Part shown: positions 59,162 through 64,000 of the stretch, in pieces | How the letters are laid out: each line of letters begins with the position of its first letter | Numbering within the stretch: position 1 is the first letter of the stretch | Source of the DNA: an uncultured Acidimicrobiaceae bacterium | Lineage (GTDB): Bacteria; Actinomycetota; Acidimicrobiia; Spongiisociales; UBA5794 | Direction of reading: 5' to 3' | Assembly (NCBI GenBank): GCA_964397045.1 | Contig: CAYNHF010000049.1 | Coordinates: forward strand, 1,027 to 65,026 | Length of the DNA stretch: 64,000 nucleotides | Translations under genes and position numbers: made by a program | Notes under the pieces: generated by a model | Told to the model about the DNA's origin: nothing | What the model saw: only the letters and a program-made list of their open reading frames with translations | Database searches by the model: none

Positions 59162-59967
59162 CGGCAAGCCCCCAAGCTGCGACGGACGTATCGGGTCCCG
59201 GCTACACCCACCTGTTGGAGTTCGAACACGTGGGATTGTCGTTCAAGGGAGTCCATGCGCTCAGCGACGTGACCTTCCACGTCGATGACAAGGAACTCTT
59301 CGCCATCATCGGGCCAAATGGGGCGGGCAAGACGTCCAGCTTCAACGTCATCAACGGGGTCTACAAGCCGCAGCACGGCAACGTCAGGTGGAAGGGCAAG
59401 AGCATCCTGGGCAGGCGACCAGACAAAGTGGCCCAGCTCGGCATCGCCCGTACCTTCCAGAACATCGAGTTGTTTCCTCATATGACGGTGCTGCAGAACA
59501 TCTCGCTCGGCCAGTACGTGCGCACCAAGACCTCGTGGTTCACCGGGGCTCTCTGGATGGGCCCGGCGAAGCAGGAAGAGATGGTCGTACGGAGGAAGGT
59601 GGAGGACATCATCGACTTGCTCGAAATCGAGCAATGGCGGTCCTACCCGGTGGCGCTGCTGCCGTACGGCATCCAGAAACGGGTCGAGCTGGGCAGGGCG
59701 CTGGCAATGGAGCCCCAACTCCTGCTGCTGGACGAACCGGTTGCCGGCATGAATCTGGAGGAGACCGAGGACATGGCCAGGTTCATTCTCGACATCCGGG
59801 AGGACCTGGGCATCTCGATGATCCTCGTGGAGCACGACATGGGGCTGGTCATGGATATCGCGGATCGGATCATGGTGCTCGACTTCGGCCAGCCGATCGC
59901 GACCGGACTCCCCGAGGAGATTCAGCGGGATCCCGAGGTCATCCGGGCGTACCTCGGAGAGGAATGA
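59158..59967 (+). CDS. ABC transporter ATP-binding protein (LivG-like)
   Basis: Walker A GPNGAGKTS, GIARTFQN, Walker B LLLLDEP. The ATG at 59158 overlaps the upstream stop (ATGA); the GTG at 59149 is an alternative start. Confidence 0.85.
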   Translation: MTASPQAATDVSGPGYTHLLEFEHVGLSFKGVHALSDVTFHVDDKELFAIIGPNGAGKTSSFNVINGVYKPQHGNVRWKGKSILGRRPDKVAQLGIARTFQNIELFPHMTVLQNISLGQYVRTKTSWFTGALWMGPAKQEEMVVRRKVEDIIDLLEIEQWRSYPVALLPYGIQKRVELGRALAMEPQLLLLDEPVAGMNLEETEDMARFILDIREDLGISMILVEHDMGLVMDIADRIMVLDFGQPIATGLPEEIQRDPEVIRAYLGEE

Positions 59968-59982
59968 GTCGAGCCAAACGGC

Positions 59983-60375
59983 TCAACTGACGTGGACCGT
60001 GCCGGTGAAGAGCCCGCACACCCTGTCGTCGTCGCGGCTCACCACTACCCGGTAGGTGGCCACGGTGCGGCCGCGGGTGACCTCTTCAGCGACCGCGGTG
60101 AGCATGGCGCCCTCGGTAGTCCCTGCGGTGAGCGCCAGGTGGGTGTCGATGGCAACCGCACGCTCACCATGGGCGTTCGAAGCCAGGCTGAATGCGCAGT
60201 CGGCGATCGAGAACAGCGCTCCGCCGTGGGTCACGTCGTAGAAGTTGAGGTGGTCTGGGGTGATCGGCATCCGCACCGTCACCCGTGTGGGGTCCGCATC
60301 GATCAGTTCGATCCCGAGGCGTCGCGCGTAGGCATCTGCGGCGAAGAGATCTTCGACTCGCTGCGGGGACGTCAC
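59983..60375 (-). CDS. paaI: PaaI-type hotdog-fold acyl-CoA thioesterase
   Basis: 130 aa with the 4HBT/PaaI signature (NFYDVTHGGALFSIADCAFSLASN). Confidence 0.7.
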   Translation of the reverse strand: MTSPQRVEDLFAADAYARRLGIELIDADPTRVTVRMPITPDHLNFYDVTHGGALFSIADCAFSLASNAHGERAVAIDTHLALTAGTTEGAMLTAVAEEVTRGRTVATYRVVVSRDDDRVCGLFTGTVHVS

Positions 60376-60388
60376 CGGCCGGTCCGGC

Positions 60389-60976
60389 TCACTTGCGGAC
60401 CGCGCCGACCAGCCTCCAAGCCGCCGGGAGCAGCAGGCCGGCGAGCACGATCTTCAGCAAATCACCGATGATGAAGGGTACGAGCCCGAGGGTGGCTGCC
60501 TCCTGCCACGACACCTCGAGGTAGTACGCCAGCCAGGTGACTCCGCAGGCGTAGATCACCGCGTTGCCTGCCAGGAACGCTGGGATGGCGGTGCTCACCT
60601 TGCGGTCCTGTTGCCGCTCTGCGAGGAACCCGACGACCCAGGCAGCCGCAATGAAGCCGAGCAGGTAGCCGGCCGTGGCACCGGTGGCTGCCTCCCATCC
60701 GCCGCCACCTTCCGCATAGAAGGGCAATCCGAGGGCCCCGAGCGATAGATACAGCAGCTGGCTGGCAGACCCGAGCCACTTGCCGAGCGCGGCCCCGGAG
60801 AGCAGCACCGCGAAGGTTTGGCCCGTAATCGGCACCGGAGTTCCCGGGACCGGGATCACAATTTGGGCCGCAACCCAGGTCAGGAGGGCAAAAGCAGTGA
60901 CGAGCAGCACATTGGCTACGAGTGTCCTCGGGAGCACCACTGCGGTGATCACCCTGCCCGGATATGTCGTCTGCAC
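60389..60976 (-). CDS. bioY: Biotin transporter BioY (ECF-type S component)
   Basis: 195 aa, BioY-family pattern (VIPVPGTPVPITGQTFAVLLSGAALG) and six TM segments. Confidence 0.8.
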   Translation of the reverse strand: MQTTYPGRVITAVVLPRTLVANVLLVTAFALLTWVAAQIVIPVPGTPVPITGQTFAVLLSGAALGKWLGSASQLLYLSLGALGLPFYAEGGGGWEAATGATAGYLLGFIAAAWVVGFLAERQQDRKVSTAIPAFLAGNAVIYACGVTWLAYYLEVSWQEAATLGLVPFIIGDLLKIVLAGLLLPAAWRLVGAVRK

Positions 60977-61048
60977 GTTTGCTCCCTTCGCAACCCGGCG
61001 ATTCTATCGGCAAGGAACCGAGCAGGTCGGCATCGACGTCAATACGCC

Positions 61049-62218
61049 ATGGCCCCAAGTACCATCGCCGCCATGGACGGCACCGGAACCCCGGAAACCT
61101 CGACTGTAGACGTCGACCCCACCGAAGAGTGGGACGGAATTCCGGCTTCACTCCAACCCCGCAAGAAGCTCCCGAAGTGGCCGTTCATCCTCGCCGGGTT
61201 GGTCGGGCTGCTCGTGACCGCCGTATTGATGGTGACGGTGATAACGCCGATCAACGTCCCCTACTACGCCTTCGCACCCGGACCGGCGAGCGACGCCAGC
61301 GACTTCGTCACGGTTCCCGAGGCCAACCCGACCGAGGGCGAACTGTTCTTCCTCACCGTGTCGCTGCAGGAAGTGAACGTGCTCGAGTATGTCGCTGCCC
61401 TGATCGACGACGAGGTAGATCTGGCCCCCCAGGAGAACGTGCGACCGGCCGGAGTGAGCCCCGAGGAACTCCGCCAGCAGAACCTGACTCTGATGGAGCG
61501 CTCCAAAGACAACGCGATCTTCGTCGCCTTGACTCGCGCCGGCTACGAGGTGACCTATGACGGCACAGGTGCCGCGATCACCAGCATCGTCGAGGACACA
61601 GCAGCCGAGGCAGCACTGCAGCCGGGAGACGTCATCGTCGCGGTCGACGGTAAATCGGTGGAGTTCTCAACCGATGCAGCCAACCTCATCGGAGGCAGGG
61701 CGCCCGGCGACAGCATCACCCTGTTGATCCAGCGACCGATCGCGGACTCCGAAGGAGAGGTCGAGGAACTCGAGGTGGTGGCGGTGCTCGGCCCGTATTC
61801 GGTGATCGACGAGAGCGGCGAGCTGATCGAAGACCCAGAGCGGGGCATGCTCGGCGTGTTTCTGGAGGATGCCGAGAACTTCGTCGTTTTTCCGGTCGAC
61901 GTAGAGATCGACAGTCAGAACATCGGCGGGCCATCGGCCGGGATGATGTTCACACTCGAGATCTTGAACCAGCTCACCGAGGACGACCTCACCAAGGGAT
62001 ACCGGATCGCAGGCACCGGCACCATCGACCAGGATGGCGTCGTAGGTTCCATCGGCGGCATCCGACAGAAGATCTTCGGTGCGATCGACATGGGAGCAAC
62101 CCACGTCCTCGTGCCTGCAGGGAACTACGACGATGCAATCCTGGCAGCAGGCGACGACATCGTTGTGGTCCGGGTTGCCACCATCGACGATGCGCTGGCC
62201 TTCTTCGAGATGCTCTAG
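61049..62218 (+). CDS. PDZ domain-containing Lon-C-terminal (S16) protease-domain protein (YlbL/SdrC-like), N-terminal TM anchor
   Basis: TM helix (WPFILAGLVGLLVTAVLMVTVI), a PDZ domain, then the Lon proteolytic-domain block (GPSAGMMFTLEILNQLT...GYRIAGTGTIDQDGVVGSIGGIRQKIFGA). The ATG at 61049 was chosen because the 60818 ORF overlaps bioY. Confidence 0.7.
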   Translation: MAPSTIAAMDGTGTPETSTVDVDPTEEWDGIPASLQPRKKLPKWPFILAGLVGLLVTAVLMVTVITPINVPYYAFAPGPASDASDFVTVPEANPTEGELFFLTVSLQEVNVLEYVAALIDDEVDLAPQENVRPAGVSPEELRQQNLTLMERSKDNAIFVALTRAGYEVTYDGTGAAITSIVEDTAAEAALQPGDVIVAVDGKSVEFSTDAANLIGGRAPGDSITLLIQRPIADSEGEVEELEVVAVLGPYSVIDESGELIEDPERGMLGVFLEDAENFVVFPVDVEIDSQNIGGPSAGMMFTLEILNQLTEDDLTKGYRIAGTGTIDQDGVVGSIGGIRQKIFGAIDMGATHVLVPAGNYDDAILAAGDDIVVVRVATIDDALAFFEML

Positions 62219-62387
62219 CCGGCCCCCGTCGAACCGGCGGAAACGCTGATTCGGGGCTGTGGCTCTGCCCGGCGACTGAGTCCTCGTCTTCTTGGCGGCG
62301 CTCCCTCAGGTGGGCTCCGCAGCACCCCGCGGCGGTATCGAGGACCGCGAGACGTTGGTCTCGAGCCGAGGGTGGGTATCGTGCCAG

Positions 62388-64000
62388 ATGATGACCGACG
62401 AATTCACGCCTGAGGCGCCAGCCGCGCCCGCTTTCCCCTCTGCGTTACGCGGCTACGACCGGGCCGCAGTTGATGCCCACGTCCGCGAACTTCAGGCGCG
62501 TCTGCGCGCGGCCGAGGCAGAACTGGAGGACGCAGGCAATGGGCCGGACGGCACCGCGGTCGACCAGGAAGCTGTGAAGCGGGAGCTGGAAGCTGTCGGA
62601 TCCGAAGTCGCAGCCATCCTCGACGCGGCGCGGCTCGCAGCAGACAACATGCGAGCGCGAGCGGCTGAAGATGCGGCCCGCTGGCGGGCCGATGCCGATC
62701 GAGGAGCCAGGGACATGCGCGAATCGGCAGAAACGGCCACTCAGGCTGCCCGCGGTGACGCATGGGAAACCAGCGCCGAAATGCTCGACCAGGCATCACA
62801 CGAGTCGGCCGCCCTGCTCGAAAGCGCTCGCCAGGACGCCCTGTACATCCGCGCCGAAGCCGAGCGAGAAGCGGTGCGGCTCACCGGTGATGCCAGACGT
62901 GACGCCGAGGAGGCAGTCCGGGCAGGCCGCGGGGAAGCGGAACGACTGGTCGCGAACGCCCAGGCCGAGGCACAGACGACACTCGAGAACGCGGGTCGGT
63001 CTGCGGAGCTGGCCCAAGAAAGAGCTCGCGCGCTCGAACGGCGTCGCGGCGAGCTGATGGAGGAGCTGGAACTGGCCAGGCGCTCGATCGGCGAGGTCGA
63101 GGAGGGTCAGGCTCCTCCCGCAGGCGTTCCGCCGGTGGTTCCCCTCGCGGAATCGGTTGAACCGATGCCGGCGCCCGACAAGTCGCCGACCGATTGGCTC
63201 GACCACGATGCTTCAGTCAAGATCGTGCCTGCCGCCAAGTTGCGTGCAGAGGAACCGGTCGACGCCGATAGCTTTGTCGCCGAGGTCGAACAACTCCGGG
63301 CGGCCCCGCCGCCTCCGCCGGAGCCCGCACCGGTCACGGCCGGGGGGGAATGGCTCGACGCGCTCGACGAGTCTGAAGACGAATCGCGAGACAGATCCGA
63401 AGACGACGTCATGCCGCTGGCCGACACGGCGCCGGCAGACCTGGGAGACGAGGCTGAAGGCCCGACGGACACCGAGTCGCCCGCGGTGATGTTCCCGGTG
63501 GACGATGGGCCGGAGGCTGATGACAAACCCGCCGAGGTGGCCGCTCCGTTCGAACCTGCCCCCGCCGAAGCCGCCGAAGCCGCCGAAGCCGCCGCGCCGG
63601 CCGAGCCCGGACCCGAACCTGAGGACGGGGACCTCGACAGCTTGTTCGCCACTCTGCGCGAGCCGGAGCCGGATACTGCACCGACAGAGCTGGGACCCGA
63701 GGTGGCCGAGGAGGCAGCGGTGCCGCCTGCGGCATGGATCGACTCGTCGCCCGACCCCGCCGCGCAACCGGTGCTCGCGGTGGAATCTGGCGCCGTCATC
63801 GACCCGTTCGATCTCAAAGAACGTATGTTGCTTCCGATCGAGAACCGGGCGTTGCGCGCCCTCAAGCGTCGCATTGTGGATCTGCAGAACCGGGTATTAG
63901 AGGAACTGCGCATGGGTGACGAGGGGTGGCAACCGGACCGGGCGCTCTTCGCGGCATCGATCGGCGACGAGGTGGCCATGCTGACACAGGAGTCGTATGT
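62388..64000 (+). CDS. DivIVA-domain protein with long acidic, Pro/Ala-rich C-terminal region, 3'-truncated by the window edge
   Basis: I translated it by hand. The frame is open from the ATG at 62388 to the window end with no stop, and it is absent from the ORF track. The N-terminus carries the DivIVA motif (SALRGYDRAAVDAHVRELQARL) and coiled-coil heptads. Confidence 0.65.
   Translation, partial: MMTDEFTPEAPAAPAFPSALRGYDRAAVDAHVRELQARLRAAEAELEDAGNGPDGTAVDQEAVKRELEAVGSEVAAILDAARLAADNMRARAAEDAARWRADADRGARDMRESAETATQAARGDAWETSAEMLDQASHESAALLESARQDALYIRAEAEREAVRLTGDARRDAEEAVRAGRGEAERLVANAQAEAQTTLENAGRSAELAQERARALERRRGELMEELELARRSIGEVEEGQAPPAGVPPVVPLAESVEPMPAPDKSPTDWLDHDASVKIVPAAKLRAEEPVDADSFVAEVEQLRAAPPPPPEPAPVTAGGEWLDALDESEDESRDRSEDDVMPLADTAPADLGDEAEGPTDTESPAVMFPVDDGPEADDKPAEVAAPFEPAPAEAAEAAEAAAPAEPGPEPEDGDLDSLFATLREPEPDTAPTELGPEVAEEAAVPPAAWIDSSPDPAAQPVLAVESGAVIDPFDLKERMLLPIENRALRALKRRIVDLQNRVLEELRMGDEGWQPDRALFAASIGDEVAMLTQESY

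Noticed and set aside
63561-63600. Possible CRISPR-like or microsatellite repeat (GCCGAAGCC x3)
   Set aside because: It is a short in-frame codon repeat (AEAAEAAEAA) inside a coding low-complexity region, with no spacer-repeat architecture. I saw no CRISPR array anywhere in the window.
63107-63979. 290-aa Ser/Ala-rich ORF on the - strand
   Set aside because: It is antisense to the DivIVA-domain frame, which has a clear N-terminal motif and coiled-coil. It is low-complexity only.

Overview
This is a high-GC (~68%), densely coding chromosomal segment with actinobacterial hallmarks (WhiB, a sigE/ZAS anti-sigma/HtrA/TatA locus, b558-type sdhCAB, frequent GTG/TTG starts). Most genes are on the + strand and are housekeeping or central metabolism. 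These are: pcrA, sucCD, purN-purH-folD, icd, mdh, HU, sdhCAB (on the - strand), the WhiB/TatA/ECF-sigma/anti-sigma/HtrA envelope-stress neighbourhood, moaE, and a partial phenylacetate lower-pathway set (paaG/H/J/N/I) next to an acyl-CoA ligase and a Liv-type ABC importer. I found no rRNA, tRNA, CRISPR array or mobile element.

The stand-out region is the first ~13 kb. It is a translationally coupled operon related to the enterobacterial xdhD/ygfM/ssnA/ygfK and ygeW/carbamate-kinase purine-ureide catabolic clusters. It encodes two xanthine-dehydrogenase-family Mo subunits, a fused FAD plus [2Fe-2S] subunit, an N-terminally minimal SsnA-like amidohydrolase, a PreA/DHOD-like Fe-S flavoprotein and a GuaD-like deaminase. 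These are followed by a stand-alone 2-oxoacid-dehydrogenase E2 catalytic-domain protein, a PyrB-like and a YgeW-like transcarbamylase in tandem, and carbamate kinase. An orphan CheA-CheY hybrid kinase follows immediately downstream. Other points of note are an anti-sigma factor with a duplicated ZAS zinc-finger, a periodic GAATCG repeat array upstream of the HU gene, several GC-rich terminator hairpins, and a 3'-truncated DivIVA-domain ORF that the supplied ORF track omits.
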